Assembly (NCBI GenBank): GCA_004431415.1
Contig: QPMI01000409.1
Location: forward strand, 124,001-188,000
Reading direction: 5' to 3'
From: Cyanophora paradoxa CCMP329
Taxonomy: Eukaryota > Plantae > Glaucophyta
DNA length: 64,000 nt
Translations under genes and position numbers: made by a program
Shown: positions 24,941-36,500 of the stretch, one piece after another
How the letters are laid out: every line of letters begins with the position of its first letter
Numbering within the stretch: the stretch's first letter is position 1
The notes under the pieces: generated by a model
Database searches by the model: none
Seen by the model: the letters and a program-made list of their open reading frames with translations, nothing else
Told to the model about the DNA's origin: nothing

Positions 24941-27900
24941 ATGTCGGGACCGATAGGAACTGGAAATGTGCACATTCAGCTCAAGGCGCCGATCATGCCG
25001 CGCTCCAGCATGAATCGCATCTCGCTGGAGCGCCCTCCTACGTCCGCGACCGGCGGCAACAACGTTAACTCGCGCAAATCCGCCGACAAGGTGCGCTATG
25101 ATCGGCCGCTCGCGCTCGCTGGCGCGGGCCGGCCTTGATTGGCCGCAGTTGAATGTCGCAGGTGTGCTTACGCGACCGTCCATCGAATTCGCGCGCGCGG
25201 GATCCATGGCCAGCGCAAGTTCCGCAGCCGCGGGCGTCGGCAGCCGTGCATTCGCAGTTGTGATTGATTCGCAGCCCTGGGCCCATTCCTCACCTTCGCC
25301 TCTGCGCAGCGCACATCCAGATGCGGCATGCATCTCAAGAGCAGTACCGCACGAGCCTCGAGATGGCCCGGTGCGCCCTATAGAATTAATCCCCCGATGA
25401 ATTGATTTTAATCGTGACTGCGCGCTAATCACATGTACAGCGCGTACAATGAAATCAAGCAATCCGTGGACATTAAGCACGAGGCCCAGAAGCGCGCCTC
25501 ACTTCAGAAGAAGCCCTTTGAGGAGCCGAAAAAGGTTGTTCCCGCCGCGAAAAAGGGCGACGTGCGTTTCGATCTGTCTTCTTTGATATTGGTTGCGATC
25601 AAACCTGATGAGATCCCTGACAGTACGATGTGGAGGAGCACAAGATCACAATCCGGGAACTCGCGCAGAGCCTCCAGACTGATTTGAACGCAGAAAAGCC
25701 CGCGGATTCCACGGTGCGCGAAGCTTTGAACTCTGGCTAATATCGATCCGGCTGTGCTGTAATCATTCCTCAATTTATATCCTCGCGCGTGTGCAGGGCC
25801 TGTCCTCCCAAGAAGCGCGCATCCGCCTCGAGAAGAACGGCAAGAACAAGCTCTCGCCGCCTCCGGTGATCACTTTTTTCCCCTTCCTCTGCATCCTCTC
25901 GAATGTTGCCTCGCATTGACCGCGTTCGCAGGGCAAGCCGGAGTGGCAGAAGTACCTCCTGCAGTACACGAAGTGAGTTCCCGGCGCCGGGTCCGGCCTT
26001 CGCCGCTGAGCGCTGACCCGGCCCTCGCTCCCGCGGCCGCCTGCAGCAAGTTCATGATCCTCCTCATGATCGCCGGCGCCCTCTGCTTCATCGGTTCGCG
26101 TGCCCGATCGGGAATCTGAGCGCAGCAGACCCGAGCGCGCGCTGGCTCGCTTGCTGCCCGCCTCGGGCGTCGAGCCTGGGAGGTGATGACGGGGGCGCGC
26201 GGGGGCCGGGCGGGGCAGCGTACGGGATCGACCCGGCGGAGTCGATCAATGTGATCCTCGGGGCCGTCCTCTTCGCCATCGTCGTCGCCATGTGCTCCAT
26301 CAGCTACTGGCAGGAGCGCAAGGCCGGCTCCGTCATGGGCGCGCATGAGTGATGATTCGATCTAGTCGATTTATCGAGCCTCGTCGTCATGCAAGCCTGG
26401 CTCGCAGACTCGTTCAAGAACATGCTGCCGCCGTCGTGCCTGGTGGTGCGGGACGGGCAGCAGACCAAGGTCGCCGCCGAGGACCTCGTCGTCGGCGACG
26501 TCGTCGTCGTCCGCCGCCCCGCCCCGCCCCACTCCCCCCTTCGACCCCTCTCTCTGTCTTCCTGAGCGCCGCCCGCGCACGCACAGGTCAAGGCCGGTGA
26601 CAAAGTGGTCCGTGGGCAGCCGCGTCGGGCGGGGCCGGGCGCCGCCTGCAGCGGCTGCCGCTGCCGCGTCTGCGTCTGTTGACGCCGAGGCGTGCGCCCG
26701 CGCACGACAGCCGGCGGACATCCGCATCCTCCACGCCGACGACCTCAAGGCAGGCCACCCCTCCCCTCCCCCTGTACCCCGCATCCCTCTCTCCAGCGGA
26801 TCTTCTCGCCCTCCTGCGGATTGAGATCCCCCCCCCGCCCCCCGCCCCCCCCTCCCCCCCCCCCCCCCCCCTCCCGCCCGCCGCTCACGCGCGGCCGCTG
26901 ACCTCGACGGCCCCTCTGCAGGTGGACAACTCGTCGCTGACGGGGGAGTCGGACCCGCAGTCGCGCTCGCCGGACTGCACCGACGAGAACCCCATGGTGC
27001 GCGCTGGGGCACGGGACGGGTGGCCGGCTAAGGGGCCTCGAGCTCTCTACCCGCCCCCCGCCCCGGCCGGCGAGCGCCGACGCCGGTGGCGCAGGAGACG
27101 AAGAACCTCGCCTTCTACTCCACCCTCGTCCTCAACGGCCAGGTCCGCCCCGGGCCCGCGCCTTCTGCCCAGATCTCCTCCAGCACCCTGCCGCTCCGCC
27201 GCCGACTCGTGGGGGCAGGGGAAGGGCGTCGTGATCCGCTGCGGCGACGAGACGCTCATCGGCAAGATCGGTGCCGTCCCGCCCGCGGATTCTTGTCCCG
27301 AGCCGCCCCCTGATCATGACCGCGTGCCCGGCGCAGCGAACCTGGCGACTGGCGTGCGCCCCGCGCTTTTTGCTGCCCGCGCGCGGGCGCCCCACCCTTC
27401 GCCGCTTCTCCACTTCTCCAACGACCCTGCGGCCGCTGCGCAGACCGAGAACGTGAAGACCACTCTCGAGATTGAGATCGGTGCGAGAGCGACCCGCGGG
27501 CCGCCCGCCGCGCCGCTGCGCCGTGCCGGCCGCGGCTGATCGTGGCCGATCGGCCCGCAGAGCACTTCGTTCACTTCATCGGTGCCTGCGGGCGCCGCAT
27601 CAGGCCCCGGCCCACCGCTCCCGCCCGGCTGACCGCGCTCTACGGCCAGGAATCCTGGCGCTCTGCATGGGCATCGTCTTCTTCGTCGTCTCGGTCGCCG
27701 TCCAGTCCCGCAACGCCGACGACAAGAAGAAGGCCCGCCCGCGCGCAAGAGCCAGGGGCGTGCAGTGAGCCGCGCCGACCGCGCCGCGCGGCGCAGGTGA
27801 TCATCACGGCGATCATCAACACGATCGGCATCGTGGTCGCCAACGTGCCGGAGGGCCTTCCCGCCACTGTCACGGTGGGCCCGCCGTCGGCTCACACCAG

Positions 27901-30900
27901 CGCCGCCCCATCCTGGGGCCGGGGTGACGGCTGAGGCCGGGGGCCGGGGCGCAGCTGTGCCTGACGATCGCGGCGCGCAAGATGGCCTCCAAGAACGTCT
28001 TCGTCAAGCGCCTCGAGTGCGCCCCGCCCCGCCCCGCCCCGCCCCGCCAGAACAGAAGACAACAAGCTCGCTGGCCGTCCCCTTCCAACATCCGAGCACT
28101 TGGCAGCGTGCTGACTCCGCCCCGAGGTGCGTGGAGACGCTGGGGAGCACGACGTGCATCGCCAGCGACAAGACGGGCACCCTCACCCAGAACCGCATGA
28201 CCGCCGCCCACCGTCCGCCCCCGCCCCGCCCCGCCTCGTCTACTCGTAGAGCTTCCGGCTTGTAGATCCCGCTCACGCCGGCGCTCGCCTCGCCCCCGCA
28301 GTGATGTACGACCACGGTGCACCTGGGCTGCAGACGGGCGCGGGGCCGCTCCCCTGCGCCCCCTCACGCCGCCCCCGGGGCCCGGCGCGCGCCGCAGAGA
28401 TCTACTCGGCGGACACGAAGCTCTCGCACGGCTGCTTCGACCGGAGCCACCCGACGGGGAGCGCTCTCCTCCGCATCGCCGCCAACTGCAACCGCGCCGA
28501 CTACGGTCCGGGATGACCCCCCTCGTCCATCGGAGCCGCTGCTCGCGCCCCTCACTCTCCCGGGCAGACCGGGGCGTGGAGGGGAACATGGAGAGGCCGA
28601 TCGGGGAGCGGGTGGTGATCGGGGACGCCTCCGAGAGCGCCCTCCTGCGCCTCGCCGACTCCCTCGAGGACATCGAGCAGCAGCGCGCCCGCGCCCCCAA
28701 GCGGCGCGCCCCCCAAACACCCCACCCCGCCCCGCTTAAGCTTCCTCCCCGTGTACTCCTCGCTGACGGCGGGGCCGCGGCCAGATTCGAAGTGCCCTTT
28801 AATTCTACAAACAAATGGGCACTCTCGGTTCACAAGCTCGAGGGCCAGGCCGACATGCTGCTCATGCTCAAGGGCGCCCCCGAGCGCGTCTTCGACCGCT
28901 GCTCCCACGGTCCGATATGATCTGGTCCATCTGATCTGCCTGGGACGATGCGATGCGATGCGAGCGCAGTGATGGTGAACGGGGAGCGGCGGGGGATCGA
29001 CGGGGCGGAGCGGGCCAAGTTCGAGGAGAGCTACGAGACGCTGGGCTCCATGGGCGAGCGCGTCCTCGGTGCCGCCCCGCCCCCTCAGGACGGAGAGGGC
29101 GAGGGAGGGCCTCACCTGGGCGCAGGCTTTGCGCAGGCCACCCTCCCCGCCGACCAGTTCCCCGAGTTCTACTCCTTCGACGCCGAGCGGTGCCCGCGGG
29201 AGCCGCGCCGGCCCCGGGCCGAGCCCGGGGGCCCAACCAGGCGCGCTGACCCTGGAGGGCGCCGGCAGGATGAACTTCCCGACGGAGGGCCTCACATTCG
29301 TGGGCCTCATCTCCCTCATCGACCCACCCCGCGAGTCCGTCCCCGGCGCCATCGAGAAGTGCAAGTGCGCGGCTCGCCCGTGCCCGCCCCGGCCCACGCG
29401 GCCTCGGGCGCGCCTCCAGCTCAGCGCCCTGCAGGCACGCGGGGATCCGGGTGATCATGGTGACGGGGGACCACCCCATCACCGCCAAGGCCATCGCCAA
29501 GTCCATCGGCATCATCTGGGCCCGCCCCCGCCCCCCAGCCCGCCCCCCCGCCTGCCTACGCCGCGCCTCCGAGGCTTACCGGGGGCGGGCGCGGGGCGCA
29601 GGGGGCGGAGGCGGGGGAGCTGGCGAAGGCGCGCGGGTGCGACGCGAAGGCGGCGCTGCGCCTCGCCGAGTGCGAGGCCGTCGTCGTCAAGGGCGGCGAC
29701 GTGCGCCCCCGCCCGCCCCTCTGCCCCCTCCAGAGATATAGAGCAAGCACGGGCCTAGCTGCAAGCACGAGCCTAGATCTGGGGGTTCAGACAGAGCGGT
29801 CTGGGGCCATGTTCCACGCCGGCGAACGAGATCCAGAGCCCGCCTCGCCTCACGGGGACGGGGGGCGGGGCCGGGGCCAGATCCCGGCGTTCGACGAGGA
29901 GATGTGGGACCTGGTGCTCGCCAAGCGGCAGGTCGTCTTCGCGCGGACGAGCCCGCAGCAGAAGCTCCAGATCGTCGAGGCCCTCCAGGCCCGCCCCCGC
30001 CCCCCCGCACCCCCGCCCGCCCCGCCTGACGCGGGCGCGCACAGGCGCGGGGGGAGGTGGTGGCGGTGACGGGGGACGGCGTGAACGACTCGCCGGCGCT
30101 CAAGCGCGCCGACGTCGGCTGCGCCATGGGCATCTGCGGCTCCGACGTCTCCAAGGCCCGCCCCCGCCCCCTGCCGGCGCCGGGGCGCACCGCCACCTCA
30201 TGCCGGCCCCGCCGACTCCCCCGCAGGAGGCGGCGGACATCATCCTGATGGACGACTCGTTCGGCTCCATCGTCGCCGGCATCGAGGAGGGCGCGCCCCC
30301 GGCCCCGCCCCCGCCCACCTGCACTAGACACTAGACGCCTCGACTGCCCCCCGGCCCCGCGCCCCGGCCCCCTCCGGATCTAGACTACGCTCACTCTAGG
30401 CTGGTCTAGACCGCGCGAAGTCCAAGTGCCGCCTCTGAGCCTCCGCGGGGGGGCGCACGCAGGGCGGACGATCTTCGACAACCTCAAGAAGTCGATCGCG
30501 TACACCCTCACGCACCTCGGCCCCGAGATCGTCCGCCGGCGCCCTCCCTCCATGTGCGTCCCCCGAGGCGCCCCGCTCTGACCGCCCCCGCCCCCGCCCC
30601 CGCTCCCGCCCCCGCCCCCGCCCCCGCCCGCCGCAGCTGCCGTTCCTGGTGGCGATCGCCGGCAACGTCCCCGCCATGCTCGCCTCTATCCTCGTGCGCC
30701 CCGCCCCGCCCCGGCCCCGGCCCCGCCACCACGCAAGCTCCACGCTCCACGCAAGCTCTAGCGCGGCCGCGATGCTCGCGAGCGGCGCCGCTGCGGCTGA
30801 GCGTCGCCTGGGCGGGCAGATCCTGTTCATCGACCTGCTGACGGAGATGGTGCCGGCCTCCTCCCTCGCCTACGAGGCCCCGAGGCCGACATCATGGACG

Positions 30901-32660
30901 TGCGCCCCCCCCCCCCACCCCCCCCCCCCCCCCCCCCCGGCGCGCGCGCACCCCGGCCCCGCCCGCCCCGCGAGCCCTCCCTCCCCTCCCCTCCCTCCCC
31001 TCCCTCCCCTCCCCTCCCCTCCCTCCCCTCCCCTCTCGTCCCGACGCCGGCGGGGACGGCAGCGGCCGCCGCGTAACCCCAAGAAGGACCGCATGGTCTC
31101 CTGGCAGGTCCGCTCGCCCTCCCCGGAGCTCTCCTCCCCACTCGCCGCCGACTCCCCGCGCCCGGCGCGCCCCCGCAGCTGCTGCTCTACTCCTACGTGA
31201 TCTCGATGACGATCTCCGCCGCCGGCTGCTTCGCCACAGACCTCGTGCGCCCCCGGGCCCCGCCGCCCCGTCCCGCCCCCCGCCCCCACCCCCGACCTGC
31301 GACCGTCGAACCCCTGCTGGCGGCAGTACGTGTCCCGTCATCTTCCAGAAGCCACTTGAACGTTCTAGCTCTAGATCTTGTATGCTCCGGGAGTCCGCCG
31401 ATCCACCCCCGTCCCAGGCCTAGAGCCCGCGCTCCTCCGGATCCCCCCCCCCCCCCCCCCCCCTCCCTGGCTGCAGATCTGACCCGACCTGGCTCTGTCC
31501 GACAGTACGTGTTCGGGCGGCTCGGCCTCGCGCCCTCCTCCGGCATCCTCTCCAAGTTCGGCAAGGCGCCCCCCCCCCCTCCCCCCCCTTCTCCCCTCCC
31601 GCCCCCCTTAATCCCTCTCTCTCTCTCCCTCCTCCCCAGCCCGCCGAGCCCAGCCCCCCGGCTGTATATAGACGTCCAGCCTAGCCCGCAGCCTCCCCCC
31701 CCCCCCACCTCCTCCTCCCCTCCTCCTCCTCCTCCCCTCTCCTCCTCCCCCCCCTCCCCCCCCCCCCCCCCCCGGCCCAAAGCCGCCCTGACGCCCCTCG
31801 GCAGACGGTCTCGGAGGCGATGCCGGAGTACTGCGGGGAGGTGCCCCCCGCGGGGGCCGGCCCCGATGCCCCCCTGGCCCTCCCCGCCTCGGGCTCCTTC
31901 CTCGAGCCCTATACCCGTGCGCCCGACCCGACCCGACCCGATCCGATGCGGTCCGGTCCGGTCCGGTCTGAGCTGGTGTGGTGCGGGCAGGGCGGGACTG
32001 CCGCCCCGTGTACGACGCGGCGCTCAAGAAGTGGGCCTCCCCGGGCATGCTCGAGTTCTACGCCGACCAGGTCTACACCGTCGCCTCCGCCCACTTCATG
32101 GTCCGCCCTCCCCCTCCCCTTCGAGCCCCGTTAGATCGATATCCCTCTGCTCCCCCAGCTCCCCGCGGTCGCACGCGGGCTCACAATGCGGCACCGGCGC
32201 GCAGATGATCGTGCACATGCAGCTGTGGCACGTCTTCTCGGTGAAGACGCGCAAGACCTCGATCTTTGCGCAGGGCTTCGCGAACGCCATGATGGTGCCC
32301 CCCCCCCCCCCCCCCCGCTCAACTTAAGCTTGGCGCCTTATCTCGCGGGGCGGGGGCAGAACTTCTCGCTGCTGTGGGGCCCCGCCATCGTCCTCGCCGT
32401 CGTCTTCATCCCGGGCCTCAACACGGCCCTCAACGCCCGCCCCCTCAACGACGGTCCCCGGCCCCCGGCCCCCGAGCTCCCGCCCACTCCCTGCGCATGC
32501 CTCACCGAGTCGCCCGCGGGGCGCGGCGCGCGCATGCGCAGGCACCTTCTGGCTGATCGGGATCCCCTTCGGCGTGGCGTTGATGGCGTACAACGAGGGG
32601 CGCCGCTGGTGGGGCCGCCGCGCCCCGCGCGGCTGGATCGACCGCACCCTCAACTGGTAG
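24941..32660 (+). CDS. P-type IIC cation-transporting ATPase (Na+/K+ or H+/K+ ATPase alpha-like)
   Basis: [20 protein letters not shown], phosphorylation site [67 protein letters not shown]. Confidence 0.93.
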
Positions 32661-33063
32661 CGGGGGCGCGTGGCCCTCGTCCGACGGTCCCTCATGATCA
32701 AAGCATATGTAGTATAGCATTTCATGATCAACCACACCATATGCATCAAACCTGTTTTCAACTTCGCAGTTCGGATCACTAACTGCCAGGTCTCAACACA
32801 ATGACGGCCCTTGCATCAGCTGCGGCAGTGTATACGTAGTTAGCTATAGCTGTAGGGCCTCGGGCTTGGCAGCCTCGATCCCGTTTCAAATCCAGTTCAC
32901 CGAGTCATTCGAATGAATTCATTGAACTCGGAAGGCCGTTAAGGTGCATTAGATTGTGATCATCACACGTGATCTACCGTAGTATGGCGGGCGATAAGCG
33001 CAAACGCATAGCGAGTCATATCCGCGTTGCAATTGATTGCAACTTGCATTTGGCTTCAAGGCT

Positions 33064-33228
33064 GCTGGACACTGTGACATGCTAAAGGAACTAGAGTCGG
33101 AACATGCTAACTGGCTATATAGAGCTGCAACATTGAGCTTAAGGATGCCATGATGTGGAAAGAAAGATCTACACTGTGACATGCTTTTCCCCTCGAAAAA
33201 AACGCTGGACACTGTGACATGCTGAAGG
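33064..33228 (+). repeat. Three direct copies of acactgtgacatgct (outer two match at 24 of 25 bp)
   Basis: gctggacactgtgacatgct(a/g)aagg at 33064 and 33204; the core occurs again at 33171. Confidence 0.8.
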
Positions 33229-33316
33229 CCAGGAACAAGTGAAAACTGAACATAGGAGTATTTTCTGCCTGGAAAACGCTAGCTGTTTAAAGTGATGCGC
33301 GGTGGGCCGCAATTCG

Positions 33317-34240
33317 TCAAACGGTCTTGTTCGTCAGCGGGTGCTGCTCGCTGATGAGAAGGTGATCGGATCGGAAGTGCACAAAAAGTGATTACCTGCT
33401 TGACGTTGTCCGCGTCCGAGGGCTCGTACTTCATATTCAGGACGCGCTTCTTGTCGAAGTTCGTGTTGAGCTTGAGCTCTGGCAGAATGGAGAGCTCACT
33501 CTGCTTGATCTCCGCTGAGACGTTCCTCCAGGTGCGGGCGGCGGCAACCGCGCGCTCGATGAAATCGTCGCAAAACCGCGTCTCCTCAGGGATGCCGTCG
33601 GGGCGCGCCGGCTCGTCGCCAACAAGCACGGCACCGACGGTCGTGAGATGCTGCGGGGCGAATGATCTCAGAACCGGCTATATGGCTGGCGAACGGCGGG
33701 AGCACAGCTAGAGCAGCCGCGCATGCGCAATTGCAAGTACAACCGCTGCACGAACCAGCGAGACGTAGGAGGTCACAGCGCCCTTGCGAAGCGAGCCCAC
33801 CGTAGCGCACGTGACTGGCTCGATAAGCATCACCTGCGGGGCAAAAACAACCTCGTCAGGTCAGGGGAAGGGCATTGTTGCAGATGCGTTTTATCGCGGC
33901 AAGCCGCGGACCGTGTCCGTCAACGCACCTCGTGAAGATCCTTCGGGTCGGCCCCCTTGATGTACGCCTTCGCGACCCCAAGGAGCATCGTGTCGTCCGC
34001 GGCCAAATCCTCGGGCAGGGCGAAGGCCAGAACGCGGGCGGGATGCCACGTGGGACGCGTACGTGCCTCGAAACGTACGGTACGTGAGGCGCTGAACGCG
34101 TTCTTCGGCTGGCCGATGAACGTCGAGCGAAGGGCAAGGGCAGGTTTTGAGTCGGCCAGCTGGGCGCGGCCGAAGGCGAACTGAGTCGACGCCGCGGTGG
34201 AGGTCGCGGTCGTCGCGAACGGAAGGGCGAAGGCGGACAT
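33317..34240 (-). CDS. Plastid-targeted conserved hypothetical protein of cyanobacterial type
   Basis: Transit peptide MSAFALPF..., then DDTMLLGVAKAYIK, LIEPV, KGAVTSY, FCDDFIERAVAAARTW, KKRVLN, DNVKQ|HPLTNKTV*. Resembles a small cyanobacterial family from memory. Confidence 0.75.
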
Positions 34241-34322
34241 GCTGCTGAACCGAATCGGAAGCTAATCCCGCACTTAATCCACGACGGGTACACCCTCTGA
34301 GTACTTGGGTACACGAGGTGAA
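34241..34322. promoter_or_regulatory. 82-bp putative bidirectional promoter with two gggtacac copies and three GTAC cores
   Basis: Lies between divergent ATGs at 34240 and 34323. GTAC at 34288, 34301 and 34309. Confidence 0.5.
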
Positions 34323-36351
34323 ATGTTCGTGGGCTGCGTCCCTGCAGCTGCGGCTCCGGCGGCCTCACGACAGGTCGTGCTCGGCGGGCAGCTTGCCGCC
34401 CCGCCCCGCCCCGCCCCGTCCTCCGAAGGCGAGTCAGCCCCCAAGAATCTGTCTCTCCGACGGCGGGCCCGCGACCTCCATGCCCCGACTGACACCGCAC
34501 TTCTGCATCTCTTCGCAGAAGCGCTCCCGCGCCGGCCGCTTCGGCAGTTCGGATCGGAGTTTGTGCCGCTTTGCGAGTTCCGCGCGCGGCCTCTGCTCCG
34601 GGCCTTGCGCGTCCCGGTCCCGCGGAACATCCCGAAGGCAAGCGTCTCGCTGCTGCAGTCGGCCCCGAACCCCCCTCACGAGTGCCTTCAGGACTCGTAT
34701 GTGCGCGTCTACTGCGCCGCCTCCGGCGGGGAGGGCGACCCGAAGGAGCCCAACCCTTTCCAGAGGCGCGAGGCTCGCGGCGAGCCGCGCACCGTCCCCT
34801 CTAGGAGTGCGCTCGCCCCGAACCCCCCGGCCCCGCCGAGCTTCGCCGCTTCGTACGAGCGGCGTGCGCCGTGCGCGCAGGCAAGAAGGGGATCGCGATC
34901 CTCCCGCTCCTTCGGAAGCTCGCGAACAAGTTCGGGCCCGGCTCAGGCCGCGGAGCGGTCTTCCTGCTCCTCTTCTTCGTCCTCTCCGTCCCCTTCGTCA
35001 CCGTCATGGCCCTCGTCTACCCCTTCGTCTACTACGCCGGTACCCCCCTCCCCGCAAGTCTTCTCCAATAAATAAAGTATTTATTTGGGTGCAGACCGCA
35101 CGCGGCGCGTTGTAATGGACGAGCTCCTGAGACTCTGGGCCCGCTTCGCCTCCCTCCCCTTCTGGCGCACAGAGGCGCGCCGCGCCTCTGCTCCCTCCCC
35201 CGCCTTTCCCTCTACCCCAGCGCTGACGCGGCGCAGGTGATTGGCCGCGAGCGCCTGCCGAAGCCCGAGCAGGTGACCCGCCCTCCCCCGTACCCCCACA
35301 CTCCCCCTCCCGCTCTCCACCCCTTTACTCCCTGTACTCGCAGGGATGCGTCTTCGTGGCGAACCATCTCTCGTATCTCGACACCTTCGCCGCCTTCGCC
35401 CTCAACCGGCCCTTCAAGCGCGCCTCTGGCCCCGTACCCCCCGCAGCGCCGCTGCGCCTAACTCCCCCCTCCCCCCCCCCCCCCCCCCCCCTCTGTGCAG
35501 GTTCATCTCGAAGGCGGAGATCTTCCTCGTCCCCTTCGTGGGCTGGTCCATGGTCATGGCAGGCATGATCGGCGTCAAGGCGCGCCCGGGGCCCCGCCCC
35601 CGCCCCCGACTCGCCGGCTGCACCACCGACCTGCCGTTTGTCTGCTGGCGCAGCGCGGGGACCGGCGCTCGCAGATGGACTGCCTGCGGCGCTCGATGGA
35701 CCTGCTCCGCGGCGGCGCCTCCCTCTTCATCTTCCCCGAGGGCCCGCCCCCGCCCCCCGCCCCCCCGCCCCCCCCCGCCCTGACACTCCCGCAGGCACGC
35801 GCTCGAAGGACGGGCGCATGCTCCGGTTCCAGCGCGGCGCCTTCTCCATGGCGGTCAAGGCCAAGGCGCGGCCTCTCTTCCGCTGCGAGCACTGGCCCGC
35901 CCCCGTCCCGCCTGAGCCGCCGTCCCCGGCAGGTCCCCGTGGTGCCCCTCACCATTCTCGGCACCGCCGATATGATGCCCGTGGGGAAGGTGGGCCCCCG
36001 CCCCACGAGCCCCTGAGAGCGCTCGCGCGGCGCCTGAGGCGCGCGCGCGCGAGCGCAGGAGGCCACGCTGCGGCCGGGCAAGCCCCGCATCGTCGTGCAC
36101 GAGCCGATCTCGTGGCAGAACCCCGACGGCACCCCCCGCACCGCGGACGAGGCGAGCGGGCCCCGGGCCCGGGCCTCGCGTTCTAATTCAGATCTGTAAG
36201 TCAACGCGGACACTGTGTGCGCGCGCAGGTGTGCGACCTGGCTGCGATGGCTATCGACAGCGCCCTCCCCGAGCAGCTGCAGACGCTCAACCAGCTCCCC
36301 GCCGCGCCCAACTCCTCCCCGGAATCGTCCGATGCCGCCCCCGGCATGTAG
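34323..36351 (+). CDS. plsC: 1-acyl-sn-glycerol-3-phosphate acyltransferase (plastid LPAAT, PlsC family)
   Basis: VANHLSYLD (HX4D), FISKAEIFLVP, IFPEGTRSKDG, VPVVPLTILGT; transit-like MFVG... N-terminus and one TM segment. Confidence 0.9.
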
Positions 36352-36500
36352 GCCGCGCGCTGGCCCCCTCGGAGCTAGCTTTTGTCGCTTTTGTGTCGTT
36401 CAAACCGATCGCTTTCAGCCCGCGACGGCGCCAGCAGCCAGCGAAACGCTCTTTCACGCGAGCTGGGGGATGGGGGGTACAAGAACGTAGCTGCGCAAAG

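Noticed and set aside
30878-30881. Frameshift in the ATPase (AYEA-PEADIMD needs one more C), suggesting a pseudogene or programmed frameshift
   Set aside because: It is a single-base loss in a C run with all catalytic motifs intact. A similar indel occurs near 61950, so a homopolymer sequencing error is more likely. Raw reads would confirm.
32860-32910. gtttcaaatcc resembling a tRNA B-box
   Set aside because: No cloverleaf or matching A-box could be built.
33064-33228. Repeat-spacer pattern as a CRISPR array, or CACAGTG as an RSS/Transib end
   Set aside because: Only three copies with uneven spacing, a eukaryotic context and no cas genes. There is no nonamer, the copies are direct rather than inverted, and no transposase is present.
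34274-35075. Prokaryotic operon or plastid DNA insertion around the cyanobacterial-type gene and LPAAT
   Set aside because: Both genes have spliceosomal introns and transit peptides, so they are ordinary nuclear genes.
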